Positions 42,169 through 57,622 are shown, counted from the first letter of the stretch. The stretch: 64,000 nt of DNA from Eledone cirrhosa (GCA_964016885.1 OZ024761.1:23498001-23562000); one strand, 5' to 3'. Made by a program: numbers and translations. The notes: generated by a model not told the origin, from the letters alone.

Positions 42169-42955
42169 TAGGGTAGCCCTTAGCAATAGATAATTTTCCG
42201 GTAACATTTTTCCCACAACCTCATCCTGTTCCAATCAACATATCAACGAGGTGTGCAAAATTGCAGCTCAACCGGACAACTGTTAGGGGACCCTCAAACG
42301 CCTTGAAGTTGGCACATACTATACGCAACGATTAATTCTGTTCAAAAGGGTATACTGTTCCTTATCTCGACCATTTACTTTGTTCTTCTTAGAGAAATGT
42401 ATGTGGACACATCCAGGCAACCCCAGCAAATGTTTTAAAACGTTCTGAATCAAATTTATCATTAGTTAATTTGAAAAATTAATGAAATATCAGGAAATAC
42501 TTAAGAATTATTAGGTTTTCTAAATAAAGCACATAACCTCTATTAAGAGAAACGCATTTTTATTTACAACAATAATTTCTATAGAATCAAAAACATATTG
42601 TGACCACTGAACACTGGATATTGAACATTATTTTTGAATAAAAGAGGATTTAGTGGGAGTTGGGTGTGTTTTACGGTTTTCGGTAACGATCTCTAAAACA
42701 AATTGTTTCTCAGTTTCATCTTTTGTGAGAATGTTATTGTAATCCTGAATGAGTTTGACACCTCTTTCTGCAACATCATTCACAACTGTTTTCTCGGGTT
42801 TTTCAAGTCCACTTTTGTAACCAGGATCATCCTTCCATGTTGAAAGAAATCGGTGCTGATAGAAAATCTCGTGAAGTTTTTGTACCAGGAGTTACAAAAG
42901 ACGAAAACTCGATGTTTATAAGGGAAGAAAAGTACCTCTTCAGTATAACTTGAGC
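42169..42955 (-). mobile_element. 3' end of hAT-superfamily (hATm-like) DNA transposon with degenerate transposase C-terminus (42628-42950)
   Basis: Minus strand encodes WKDDPGYKSGLEK..VVNDVAERGVKLIQDYNNILTKDETEKQFVLEIVTENRK; terminus TAGGGTAG. The subfamily is assigned from recall. Confidence 0.65.
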
Positions 42956-42969
42956 AATAATTGCCTTAA

Positions 42970-43203
42970 CCTCTCCTTGCCCTCCTTGCCCTCCTTGCTC
43001 TCCTTGCTCTCCTTGCTCTCCTTGCTCTCCTTTTCTCCTTCTCTCCTAGCTCTCCTTTTATCATTCTTCTCCTTGCTCTCCTTTTATTATTGCGCTCCAA
43101 GCTCTCCTTTTCTCCTTGCTCTCCTCTTATTATTCCGCTCCAAGCTCTCCTTTTCTCCTTGCTCTCCTCTTATCCTTGCTCTCCTCTTATCCTTGCTCTC
43201 CTC
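42970..43203. repeat. 9-bp tandem (CTCCTTGCT)n, followed by a family B tail at 43198-43273
   Basis: Visible periodicity; ctactaccctaagtattgagtactcttgtgcgttatgg follows. Confidence 0.85.
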
Positions 43204-43270
43204 TACTACCCTAAGTATTGAGTACTCTTGTGCGTTATGGTCCATCTGGTACCTTACCACAATTCCTTTG

Positions 43271-43319
<49 letters not shown>

Positions 43320-43852
43320 ATAAGAATATCTAGATTTGCAGTTAATTTGATTTGAGGAGTTTAAGCATAAATGTCAGCCATTTTGAATTTTATGACAAAG
43401 GTTTTGCCTTAACGGCTTTTGTGTGTCTGTGTGTGCATGCGTTCCTGTATGTGTGTTTGTGTGAGTGTGAAAGAGCGAGGGAGTGTGTGTTAGTGTTTGT
43501 GTAAGAAGTGTGGGTGTGTGTATGCATCTCCATGTTTGTAAGTGTAGATGTGTATTTAAGTATACAGGTGTATTTGTACTTTGAGTGTGTCCGTGTGACG
43601 ATGCGCATATGTGTGTGTGTGTGTGTGTGTGTGCGTATGTGTGTATATGAAAGCCTGTATGCGTGTGTATGTGTGTGTATGGATGCAAATGTGTCACATG
43701 AACATGTGTGTATGATTTTATTATGTTTGTGTGAGTGTGAGTGACTGTTTGTATGTGTGTCTCTCGCGTTTGTATACGAATACAAGTCTATATGAATACC
43801 TATATATGTCTGTCAATGTACACACACACACACACACACACACACTCTCTCT

Positions 43853-43891
<39 letters not shown>

Positions 43892-43992
43892 ATAATAATA
43901 AATTTGAAGACTAAAATCCAAAGAAGGCTCGATAAGGATAAATATATATCAAATATATAAGAACCGTAGAGCAAATATTTATTAATATTTAT

Positions 43993-44024
<32 letters not shown>

Positions 44025-44387
44025 TATGTAAGCTTTAATAGCATTAGAGTTACGTCCCTTCCTTAGAATGTTTATCATAACAAATTATCTGCACCAATCT
44101 GTAAACAGACTCGTATCTAATCTTGCAGAGAATTTTTCTCAATTTTTCTTTCAAATATTAACGATTCCATGACAGTTTTAAAACGTTCATAACGCCATTT
44201 TTTATGTGTGTTTTTGGATAATTTTCTCTCTCCTTAAATTACCAGAATATATCTCCAAGTATATATTTATTTGAAAATTTCCAATTTTCTCGTTTACTTC
44301 AATGATTAATCTCAAGATTTCTAAAATGATAGTTTTTACGAAAGTATGTTAGCTTCTAGCGAAAGAAAATATTTGTATATGTGTGTG

Positions 44388-44452
<65 letters not shown>

Positions 44453-44479
44453 ATGTGTGTGTGTGTATATATGTATGTG

Positions 44480-44514
<35 letters not shown>

Positions 44515-44733
44515 ATGTGTGTGTGTGTGTGTATGTGTGTGTGTATATATATATGTGTGTGTGTATGTGTGTATATATATATATATGCGTGTATGCGTGT
44601 GTGTGTGTATATATATATATTTGTGTGTATGTGTGTGTGTATATATATGTGTGTATATGTGTGTGTATGTGTGTGTGTGTATATGTGTGTGTATATTTAT
44701 ATATATATGTGTGTGTGTGGAAGTGTGTATGTA

Positions 44734-44812
44734 TCCCGGGTTCAATCGGAAGTAACCACAGTAAGGTACTCAATACATAGCAGAGTATAAATAATAGTTA
44801 ATATAGAAATGG
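44734..44812 (-). mobile_element. Family C tail fragment (another at ~16910-16985)
   Basis: ccgggttcaatcggaagtaaccacagtaaggtactcaatacatagcagagtata. Confidence 0.7.
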
Positions 44813-44924
44813 CCTAGAACTATATATATGTGTATATATATACATATATATATATGTATATATGTATATATGTATATATATGTATATATATATATACATA
44901 TATATATAGAGAGAGAGAGAAAGA

Positions 44925-44974
<50 letters not shown>

Positions 44975-45231
44975 CATTTGAAAAATTGACGTCAGAGAGT
45001 ATCAAATGCAAGATGCGTCTTAGCTATTGTTTTCTCAGTCACGCCAAAAAACTCTTTCTCTCACCCTCTCTCTCTCTCTGCCTCTCTCTTGCTCTCTCGC
45101 TCTCTCTATCTCTCCCCCTCTATCTCCCCCTCTATCGCTCTCTCTTGGTCTCTCTCTCTATCTCTCTATCTCTCTCACTTTCTCTCCCCCTCTCTCTCTC
45201 TCTTGTTCTCTCTATCTCTCTCTCTCTCTCT

Positions 45232-45274
<43 letters not shown>

Positions 45275-45566
45275 TAAAGTTAGTCCTTCATCAGTGATCT
45301 TCCAACCATCATTGGTATTTCATCATATATATATTGCTCTCTCTCTCACTCTCTCTCTCCCCTTCTCTCTCTCTCACTCTCTCTCCCCTTCTCTCTCTTT
45401 CACTCTCTCTCTATCTCTATCTCTTTCTCTCTCTCACAATATAATATATGTAACTTAGTCAGTCATTTCGAGATTGCTACTAACTTTACAAAGCGGTGTA
45501 AGGCTGTCAGATACGTGGTTTATATATATATTGTATTCTCTCTCGCTCTATATATATATATGTATG

Positions 45567-45604
<38 letters not shown>

Positions 45605-45664
45605 TACATTACTATATTGAACTTTTACCTACGCTCTTTCTCGCGACCCCGATAAATAGTCATC

Positions 45665-45713
<49 letters not shown>

Positions 45714-45749
45714 ACACACACACACACAGACACACACACAGACACACAT

Positions 45750-45800
<51 letters not shown>

Positions 45801-46122
45801 TATCCATATATATAAATGGATATAAACGGCAAACGAATACAACCTTCTCCTCCCTCATCATCCACCTACTTGAAATACAATTTCGTACAAACAGACATAA
45901 ATATATATATATATATAGTTGTGTGTGAATAAATTTCGCACACACACATATAAATAAGTGTGTGTGTGTGTGTGTGAGTGTGTGTGTGTGTATGTGTGTG
46001 TGTGTGTGAATCTACACTAATACATTCTGACTGGTTTCTCCATCAATATGCATCCGAATGTCACTTTTGATTTACTGGGGTAGGATAATGTTGTTTACGT
46101 ATACCTGTTGCTCTAACACCGT

Positions 46123-46537
46123 GGGTGTGGTGTGTGGTGTGTGGTGTGGTGTGTTGTGTGTGGTGTGGTGTGTTGTGTGTGTGTGGTGTGTGTGTGGTGT
46201 GCTGTGGTGTGTGGTGTGTGGTGTGTGGTGTGGTGTGTTGTGTGTGTGTGGTGTGTGTGTGGTGTGGTGTGTGTGTGGTGTGTGTGTGGTGTGGTGTGTG
46301 GTGTGTGGTGTGGTGTGTGGTGTGGTGTGTGGTGTGTGGTGTGGTGTGTGGTGTGTGTGGTGTGTGTGGTGTGTGTGTGGTGTGTGTGGTGTGTGTGTGG
46401 TGTGTGTGTGGTGTGTGTGGTGTGTGTGTGGTGTGGTGTGTGTGGTGTGTGTGTGGTGTGTGTGTGGTGTGTGTGTGGTGTGTGTGTGGTGTGTGTGTGT
46501 GGTGTGTGTGTGTGGTGTGTGTGTGGTGTGTGTGTGT
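46123..46537. repeat. G/T-only compound repeat (TG)nTGG
   Basis: Seen directly in the sequence. Confidence 0.92.
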
Positions 46538-47046
46538 ATGATTATGGGGCGTGTGAATGATTGTGTCCTGTGTATGTGGTGCGTGTGTGTGTTTGTGTAT
46601 GTGTATGGTACGTATGTATGATTATGTCGTGTGTGCGATGTCGTGTGTGTGGTGTGTTTTTGTGTGTTTTGTTTGTCCTGTGTGTCTGTGTTTGTGCGTG
46701 TATATGATTATGACGTATGTATGTGTGTGTATGGCACGTATGTGTGTGTATGTGTATGACACGTATGTGTGTGTATGATTATGTCGCGTATATGTGTATG
46801 GTACGTGTTTATGATTTATGCCATGTGTGTGTGTAAGTGATGTGGATGTGTAGCGTGATGTATCCGTAATGTGTGGTGTGTGTGTATATATGTGTATATA
46901 TTTGTGTGTATATATATGTGTGTATATATGTGTGTGTATATTGTGTGTATAGTGGGGTGGTGTGTGTGTATATATGTATGTATATATGTGTGTATATATG
47001 TATGTATATATGTGTGTATATGTATGTATATATGTGTGTATATATT

Positions 47047-47460
47047 CCTGGAGACATGACCCCTTAGCCTTTGTCAAGGCAGAATTCTAGGAGAAGGAAA
47101 ACTCTGATATAACACCTGCAACCCTGATGGTATCCAATGATGTTGACTTGTTCTTCTTTTTGGTAAATATCATCTTGGTTAAGAGAGTGGGACTGGCTTT
47201 GTGCAGTGCCTTTGCTCACTATAAAAGCTTCACGGCACAGGCATTGCTTTATATCTGGAGATCTCTCTGCACTTGTCGTCACATGGTACCATGGGCCCAG
47301 CACTATGTGTCAATAATTGTCACAAGTGCAGTGTTTGTACCAGAGTTTTCAAGTCGCTGGCTGGACTAAAAAGTCACACTCGTTCAGCGCATCGGTAGGG
47401 GTTCTCCTACATGGATATAAAGTAGTGGCCGTACTCGAAAACGAGTTGGCAGCCACCATA
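47047..47460 (+). mobile_element. Bipartite RTE-derived element (5'UTR motif joined to C-terminal C2H2-like coding end)
   Basis: ctaggagaaggaaaactctgatataacacc, then KCSVCTRVFKSLAGLKSHTRSAHR* near 47323-47397. Confidence 0.6.
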
Positions 47461-47604
47461 TATGTGTGGTGTGGTATATGTATATATTAATACTGTGTTA
47501 TCTCTGATCGAGATGAAGCGTGTGAGTGTTTGAATATATATAACAATGAGGAAACTGATCGCTAGAACAGCCATTGAAGCAGATAAATGGTGTCAACGAC
47601 TGCG

Positions 47605-48262
47605 GTAGGTGGTGGTGGTGGTGTTGGTCGGTGGTGACGGTTGTTGTTGTTGGTGGCAGTGGTGGTGCTGGCATTGGTGGTGTTGGTGGTGGTGGTAGTG
47701 GTGTTGGTGGTGGTGTGGTGGTGGTGTTGGTGGTGGTGGTGACGGTTGTTGTTGTTGTTACCGTTGGTGGCGGTGGTGGTGCTGGCATTGGTGGTGGTGG
47801 CGTGGTGGTAGTGGTAGTGGTGGTGGTGGTGGCGGCGGCGGTGGCGGTTGTTGTTGTTGTTACCGTTGGTGGCGGTGGTGGTGCTGGCATTGGTGGTGTT
47901 GGTGGTGGTAGTGGTGTTGGTGGTGGTAGTGGTGGTGGTGGTAGTGGTGGTGGCGGTGGTGGTGGCGGCGGCGGTGGCGGTTGTTGTTGTTGTTGTTACC
48001 GTTGGTAGCGGTGGTGGTGCTGGCATTGGTGGTGGTGGTGGTGGCGGTATTGTTGTTGTTGGTGGTGGTGGTGGTGCTGGCATTGGTGGTGTTGTTGTTG
48101 TTGCTGGTGGTGGTGGTGGTGGTGGTGGTGGTCCCAGTGGTGTTGGCACTAGTACCGGTGGTGGTGCTGGCGTTGGCAGTAGTGGAGGTTGTGGTGGTTG
48201 TGGTGTCGGTGCCGGTGGTGCTGACGTTGGTGGTGGTGGTGGTGGTGGGAGTGATGGTGGTG
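47605..48262. repeat. (GGT)n compound repeat with recurring ggtgctggcattggt unit
   Basis: Seen directly in the sequence; the minus strand translates as PPMPAPPP repeats. Confidence 0.85.
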
Positions 48263-48429
48263 CGAGGTTGTTCGGTGTTAAGTTTTGGCGATCGTTCAAG
48301 AGTGATTGTTTATTGGAAATGCCTCCCATCTTGATCTTCTCGTTCGCTTCACAGAATTTAGTCAAGTGTCTGTAAATGCCAAACGGAGCATTCAATCAGA
48401 ATTGGTAATTTCTCACTTGCTATTTCTCT

Positions 48430-48521
<92 letters not shown>

Positions 48522-48611
48522 CTCTCTCTCTCTCTTGCTCTCTCTCTTGCTCTTTCTTGCTCTGTCTCTCTCTCTTGCTCTTTCTTGCTCTGTCTCTCTC
48601 TCTCTGTCTTG

Positions 48612-48679
<68 letters not shown>

Positions 48680-48956
48680 CTCTCTCTCTCTCTCTTGCTC
48701 TCTCTCTCTTTCTCTCTCTCTCTTGCTCTCTCTCTCTTGCTCTCTCTCTCTTGCTCTCTCTCTTGCTCTTTCTTGCTCTGTCTCTCTCTCTCGCTCTCTC
48801 GCTCTCTCTCTCTATCTCGCTCTCTCTCTCTCTCACTCTCTCTATCTCTATCTCTATCTCTCTATCTCTATCTCTATCTCTCTCTCTTCCTCTATCACTC
48901 TCACTCTCTCTTCGTGCCTCCATTACATTTGCCCACCCAACCATCTACCCGCCACT

Positions 48957-49019
<63 letters not shown>

Positions 49020-49347
49020 TCACACACAAAAATTTAAATATTTTGATGTATTTTGAAACGTCTAACCGCCAGAAATAACCCTCGTTTCAGTGTTTTAGGG
49101 ATTAATTCATTGACATGGCGTATATACAACAGAATAGATAATGCTGAATATGTGCGTTTGTCAACAAATTCCTATGTAACTACTAGTTCTTTGAAAATCC
49201 AGTTAATAACATATATTAAAATATATAAAAATACATATAACTTACATATCTAGATGGATGGATTAATGGATGGATGCTTATATTTTATAGGTAATACATA
49301 TTTACTTTAAGCTGGGTTGTGGAAATTTACAGTGAATTTACAGTGAA

Positions 49348-49537
49348 TTTACACTCAGTACTCCTTTGGGAGCCCCTACATGGACACACTAGAAGAGGAA
49401 GACCAAGGTTAACGTATGTTGATGCCCTAAGGACAGACACTGGTCTGTTGGAGATGCAGGACATGGCAGCGATAATGAGGGACAGAGACCGCTGGAGAGA
49501 ACTCGTCCATGGATCTCGGGAATTTTACCCGCCTTAG
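49348..49537 (+). mobile_element. RTE-clade LINE 3' end
   Basis: Encodes [53 protein letters not shown], matching the RTE ORF C-terminal W-P-G-R-RGRP...DR-WR pattern. Confidence 0.87.
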
Positions 49538-50437
49538 ACATTGACAGGGAAATGAAATCATCAGCATTACAATTATCATTTTTATCATCGTCATCGTTGT
49601 CATTGTTACCATCACACACCCCGTTTATATTATCATCATTATCAACAACAGCAGTAATGCCATTACCTCCACCACACCCGCCACCACAATACAAACACCA
49701 CTCTACCACCACAACACAAACACCACTCTACCACATTCGCCACCATCGCCACAGCAATGGGATTCACACATACCTGAATCAATATTTACGGGTAAAAGCG
49801 ATGAGAAAAACTCTTTTCAAAAAGTGTTGACTTAAGCGGTTGTGAGACAAACGCGAGTTAATTTCTGTTTAAACTCTGTCTGTGTGTCGCTTGTATACAC
49901 ACTCACACACACACACACATTCACACATACACACATATACAAACACACATGTACAACCCCACGGAGCTATCATATATTCACTCACATACACACATAGAAT
50001 TAAACGCACACACAAATATGTACTTACATATACACACACACACACACACATACACATAGAACCACACGCAGCCAACATACACAAATGCACCCAAACACAC
50101 ATATGGACACGTACAACCTCAGAAGCCAACATACACCCACCACCCACGCCCACAATCACATACACATACACACACACTCACACACACGTACAATCCCACG
50201 CAGCTAACATACACAAACGCACACATATGCATACGTACAAACATACACACACACACGTACAACCCCAAGCACCCTACTGGCATATACGCTCACACACACT
50301 CACATACACACTCACAAAGCTAGCAGACAAACACACACATAGACACACACACTCAGCCACAACATATACAGTTCCGCATACAGCCAACACAAAGCTGTGC
50401 ATGCATGGACCTATGTGTGAATGAATGGATGTGTGTA

Positions 50438-50492
<55 letters not shown>

Positions 50493-50987
50493 GTATTTGT
50501 GTGTGTGTGTGTTTATACATAAATGAGTTAATTTCTGTAAAATGTGTCTGTTTGTTTCCATGCAAACACATACACACACACACACACATATATATATATA
50601 CATGCACACACGAACGCCAATATATAATTGCTTCACTATTGGGCTTTCACTTTGCATATGTGTACGTATACATATATATATGTGTGTGTTTAAGTATACA
50701 TATGTATGTGTGTGTAAGTATACATATATATGTGTGTGTGTGTATGTGTGTGTGTTTCTACATAAATGAGTTAATTTCTGTAAAATCTGTCTGTTTGTTT
50801 CCATGCACACACACAAGGCCAATACACACTCGTTTCACTTTTCGGCTTCCATTTTGCTAAACATTTTTCAACAAACATGGCGGCCATTAACGCTTTGTAA
50901 CAGCGGAAACGAGAACGTCAAACCACTAATAGATGAACCACTAATACATATATAAATATTATGCGTGTGTATCGATGTACTTATTTT

Positions 50988-51021
<34 letters not shown>

Positions 51022-51149
51022 TATATATAGATATATATATTAATATATATATATATATATATATTAATATATATATTAATATATATATATATATATATAT
51101 ATTAATATATATATATATATATATATATTAATATATATGTATATATATA

Positions 51150-51183
<34 letters not shown>

Positions 51184-51224
51184 TATATATATATATATAT
51201 TAATTTATATATATATATATATTA

Positions 51225-51259
<35 letters not shown>

Positions 51260-51305
51260 TATATATATTAATATATATATATATTAATATATATTAATAT
51301 ATATA

Positions 51306-51366
<61 letters not shown>

Positions 51367-51477
51367 ATATATATATTGATATATATATATATATATATCA
51401 ATTATATATATCAATATATATATATATATATATATATTAATATATATATTGATATATATATATATATATATATATTG

Positions 51478-51560
<83 letters not shown>

Positions 51561-51614
51561 TATATAATGAAATGACAGGAGGCTGGACTTGTGTAAATCC
51601 TTGACAGGTTTATT

Positions 51615-51672
51615 ATACTCTGATCATTTCAATAACCGGGTTCCGTATGGATCCGGTGATATCATCAGGTAT
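51615..51672 (-). ncRNA. Type I hammerhead fold with non-canonical cleavage site (GA)
   Basis: Minus strand reads atac CTGATGA tatc accgg.tcc-atac-gga.cccggt tatt GAAA tgatca GA gtat. Confidence 0.62.
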
Positions 51673-51836
51673 TCGAAATATAATAAATGAATGTAATGGA
51701 TAAAATCCATGGGGCTGAAAATGAAAGACCCGAAGACGACCGCCATCCAGCATCTTCCACCTTTGTCGGTCGCCCTCAAGTATATATATTATTTATATGT
51801 ATATATATATATATATATACATATATATATTAATAT

Positions 51837-51867
<31 letters not shown>

Positions 51868-52095
51868 CATAAATATATATATTAATGTTTATATGTATAT
51901 ATATATACATATATATATATAATATGGATGAATGGATTAATGTATATATCTAATGTGTCTATGTATCTACCTATCTATCTATCAATATGAGTCTGTGTGT
52001 GTGTATGTATGTTTCTGTGTATGTATATGAGTATGCATATATATAAGTATGCATTTATGACTATATGTATATTTGTTTGTATTTGAAAGTATACA

Positions 52096-52167
<72 letters not shown>

Positions 52168-52186
52168 TATGTATATGTAAGTATAT

Positions 52187-52341
52187 AATATAGAAATGAC
52201 TTCTACAAGCTTCTAATCATTTCTCCCGAATGAAACAGTTCTAGTCCTGTAGAAGCCATTTCTATATTAAATATGTATACTCTGCTATGTATTGAGTACC
52301 TTACCTACTGTGGTTACCCCCCGGTTGAACCCGGGATAAAC
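52187..52341 (+). mobile_element. Family C element, short inverted arm plus tail
   Basis: aatatagaaatgacttctaca pairs with tgtagaagccatttctatatt; contains GAAAcagttctagtcctgTA. Confidence 0.78.
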
Positions 52342-52459
52342 GAACTCGCTCTTACACCATTGACCAGCCAAAACAGGCTGGAGGTAGTACGTGTGGCAAC
52401 AAGGTCTGTCCCCCAGCATCACCTGTTCCAGCCAGGTGATAGAATAAAAGAGTTAAAGA

Positions 52460-52549
<90 letters not shown>

Positions 52550-52550
52550 T

Positions 52551-52583
<33 letters not shown>

Positions 52584-52596
52584 TTATATATATATT

Positions 52597-52701
<105 letters not shown>

Positions 52702-52759
52702 TTATTTATATATATTGTTATACTTGGGGAGGGTCATATTGTTGTAATAATATTGCCAG

Positions 52760-52946
52760 AAATAATAACAATTATTCCACTTACCAAACGTTTCACGAAG
52801 ACAGGTGTCTCTATTGAACTCGTATGTCTTCGTGAAACCTTTGGTAAATGGAAAAATTGTCTTATGCTACTTATTACATAATTAAATAGGTCTGTGGCAT
52901 ACATAGAGCACTCTCCTTTCCTTTACTCTTCCTACGGAAATATTTC

Positions 52947-52950
<4 letters not shown>
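52760..52950 (+). mobile_element. Inverted-repeat element (GAAACCTTTGGTA family) with tail
   Basis: ttaccaaacgtttcacgaagaca pairs with tgtcttcgtgaaacctttggtaa; tail contains tagagcactc. Confidence 0.7.
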
Positions 52951-52998
<48 letters not shown>

Positions 52999-53388
52999 GT
53001 AGAAGGGGGTATTTAATTTGTTGGAAATCCGACAAATATAAATATAAATGTTTATAACTGATTTAGAGCACTCAACCCTGCTGGAGTAAATATTCAATGG
53101 AAACTATATTTAAATAAATGGAAACTATATTTATAAAACCATATTTATTTTATTATATATATTTCAAGGGTACCAAAAGACTTTGGTACGCTTTCTTCAG
53201 ATAAAATAAAAAATTTGTTTTATGAATAGAGACATACCGAGGAAAATCATACCTTATCAGTTGGATATTCTCTGGATAGTCTCAGAGAATATCGAACTGA
53301 TAGGGAATGATTTGGTACCCTCTTGAAATATATATAATAAAATAAATACGGTTTTATAAATATAGTTTCCATTTATTTAATATCATTA
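52999..53388. mobile_element. Family E element with tail, intact minus-strand hammerhead (53144-53210) and inverted arm
   Basis: Minus strand reads tttattttat CTGAAGA aagc gtaccaaa-gtct-tttggtac cctt GAAA tatata TA ataaaataaa, giving a 10-bp stem I. Confidence 0.85.
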
Positions 53389-53392
53389 TATT

Positions 53393-53443
<51 letters not shown>

Positions 53444-53488
53444 TTATATATATATTTATATTTATATATATATTTATATATATATATT

Positions 53489-53533
<45 letters not shown>

Positions 53534-53534
53534 T

Positions 53535-53571
<37 letters not shown>

Positions 53572-53581
53572 ATATATATAG

Positions 53582-53625
<44 letters not shown>

Positions 53626-53638
53626 ATAGAGAGAGATT

Positions 53639-53725
<87 letters not shown>

Positions 53726-53743
53726 ATATATTTTATATATATA

Positions 53744-53793
<50 letters not shown>

Positions 53794-54013
53794 GAAAGAG
53801 AATGTGAGCGTGTGTGAAAATCCGCTGAAGAATTAGTAAAGGGGCATAATTCATGGATATGTAACACGTGCAGACGACAGGATGACAAATAGAGTGATTG
53901 ATCTTAGAAGAAGCTGGTAATTTCTTTTCGTATTTTTCTACAAAACTTTTATATACCTACATATACACACATTTATATATGCTTATATTTATACACACAC
54001 ACACATATATATA

Positions 54014-54125
<112 letters not shown>

Positions 54126-54173
54126 TAGATTTATAAATACATACATATATATATGTGTGTGTGACTGTGTATC

Positions 54174-54211
<38 letters not shown>

Positions 54212-54808
54212 GATGTAACTGATAATTAAATATACATATACGTAAATATATGCAAATATATTCAAAAGGCGCAGTGCAACAGTTGAAAAGGAACAATAGT
54301 TTCCGCAATGGAAATATCACCACCGCCACCACCACCAGCACCACCATCAACACCACCATCACCACCACCACCATCAACACCACCACCCATCAACACCACC
54401 ACCACCGCCACCGCCAGCCACCACCACCATCAACACCGCCACCATCACCACCGCCACCATCACCATCAACACCACCATCACCACCACCACCACCATCACC
54501 ACCACCATCAATACCACGATCACCATCACCACCACCATCACCACCACCATCACCACCACCACCACCACCATCACCACCACTCCCAAAACCAACAACACCA
54601 TCACCATTCACATCAACCCCAGCCCACACCGCAACAGCACTTCCACACAAAGACCTCCTCCACACCAACAACAGCAACAAAAGCACCCGCGGAGCACAGC
54701 CCCACAATAACCAACAACAACATATTAGAATCGCTTCCGCCATCATTAATTGCAAAATCTTGCTGGCAGATCTCAGAGCAATCTTTTGCGGTTAGGGCTT
54801 ATTCTGCT

Positions 54809-54839
<31 letters not shown>

Positions 54840-54853
54840 GTAACCATATATAT

Positions 54854-54896
<43 letters not shown>

Positions 54897-54903
54897 TATA
54901 TAT

Positions 54904-54984
<81 letters not shown>

Positions 54985-55101
54985 GTGTACATGTAACCAT
55001 ATATATATATATGTATATATATATGTACATGTAACCATATATATATATATAATGTATATATATATGTACATGTAACCAGATATATATATATAAAGAGAGA
55101 A

Positions 55102-55134
<33 letters not shown>

Positions 55135-55340
55135 GAGATATATACATATATATATATATAGAGAGAGAGAGATAAAGAGATACACACATATATATACATA
55201 CACACACACACATATATATATATATATGTATATATATATATGTATATATATAATGTGGTAATAATCAATATTATTGTGTTAGGATGAAACGATCGTAAGT
55301 CATCAAATGTTTTAAACACTTTTGATTGTTATTAATAAAG

Positions 55341-55373
<33 letters not shown>

Positions 55374-55648
55374 GTATGTATATATATATAGATATGTATG
55401 TATATATGTGTGTGTATAGAGATATCTTCATATATATTCCTATGTCGGTATATATATACCGATCTATCTACCTACATCGAATGTGTTATCTTCAGAATAT
55501 ATAACGTTTTCAAAGTATATCTTTGATATTATCACTTGGAATATCTGTATATAATTATTGTAGCAATTTATCACTGCTCTCCCCCCTCTCTATCCCCCCT
55601 CTCTATCCCCCTCTCCCCCCCCTCTCTCTCTCTCTTCGTATATATATT

Positions 55649-55682
<34 letters not shown>

Positions 55683-55700
55683 TATATACAAGTGTATAAA

Positions 55701-55767
<67 letters not shown>

Positions 55768-55929
55768 TGTGTGTGTGTGTATATGTGTGTGTGCTAATGT
55801 CGAGGAGAGATAGATACATATACATATGCTCGGGGGGGGGGGGCGTGTACGCATATATACATTTATATGATTTATATGTATATAAAATATATCATAGAGA
55901 TTTAGACATCCATCTATACCTCTTACATG

Positions 55930-55976
<47 letters not shown>

Positions 55977-56028
55977 CATGTATGTATATATACGTATATA
56001 TATATATATATATATACGTTTATATATC

Positions 56029-56108
<80 letters not shown>

Positions 56109-56184
56109 GTTTAATGTTCGTATGTGCATATATATATATATGAACATGTATGTATATATACGTATATATATATATATATACGTT

Positions 56185-56240
<56 letters not shown>

Positions 56241-56287
56241 ATTTATATATATATATATTCAGTTTAATGTTCGTATGTACATATATA

Positions 56288-56354
<67 letters not shown>

Positions 56355-56628
56355 TATGTATGTATGCATATTTAACAAGGACAGACATAAAATTGGTGCG
56401 TGGGTGGAATGAACACGAGTGGTGCAGTAATGGCGCTGGTGTAGTAAGGGGAGATAAACGTGTATGTTCAAAGAGAAAACGAAAACTGCAATGAAAGATT
56501 AAGTGGAACAAAACGTTATTGAGTGTTTACGAGAAAAACCAGTTAACACGCACATAAACACATACATAAACACATACATGTGTACACTTACACTCATACA
56601 CGTAGATGTCTATCTCTAAGTTTCTGTC

Positions 56629-56667
<39 letters not shown>

Positions 56668-56734
56668 AAGTATGACCCCGACGGCAGAGCTCAAGCCGTT
56701 TCGATATATGTGTATATGTATATATGAATATATG

Positions 56735-56782
<48 letters not shown>

Positions 56783-56832
56783 ATATATATATATATACAT
56801 ATACATACATACATATATACATATATATATAC

Positions 56833-56895
<63 letters not shown>

Positions 56896-57233
56896 TACAC
56901 ACATACACAATTGCCTTTATATCTTTGTATACATTTTTTGTCTGATGGCTCGTGAATCTTTTAATTAGGTTCACCTATATATATGTATATGTATGTATAT
57001 ATATATATATGTATATATATATACATATGTATATATACATATGTATATATATACGTATGTATATATACATATATATATATATATGTGTGTGTGTGTGTAT
57101 ATATGTGTATATATATGTGTGTGTGTATATATATGTATATATATATATATATATATATGTGTATGTATAATGTATATATATATATATTTACATATATATA
57201 TATATATATATTTACATATATATATATATGTAG

Positions 57234-57264
<31 letters not shown>

Positions 57265-57330
57265 TGTATATCTATATATATAATATGTATATTTTTATAT
57301 ATATATATGTAGATATATATATATATGTAG

Positions 57331-57401
<71 letters not shown>

Positions 57402-57441
57402 CATCCACATTTTTATTGGCCTATATTATATCTCTACATCC

Positions 57442-57472
<31 letters not shown>

Positions 57473-57576
57473 CATATATACATACATACACATATATATA
57501 TACATATATATACATATATATACATATATATGCGTGTAGAGAGAGAGAGAGAGAGTGTATATGCGTATATATGTGG

Positions 57577-57622
<46 letters not shown>

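Noticed and set aside
46123-46537. Telomeric or Cys/Trp-rich coding repeat
   Set aside because: Not TTAGGG; it is an irregular TG/TGG compound microsatellite.
53820-53878. Hammerhead-like CTGAAGA...GTAA cacgtg
   Set aside because: GAAA and UH are both mutated and no stems are convincing.
54250-54865. Pro/His-rich ORFs
   Set aside because: (CCA/TCA)n trinucleotide repeat open in several frames, with no splice or domain support.
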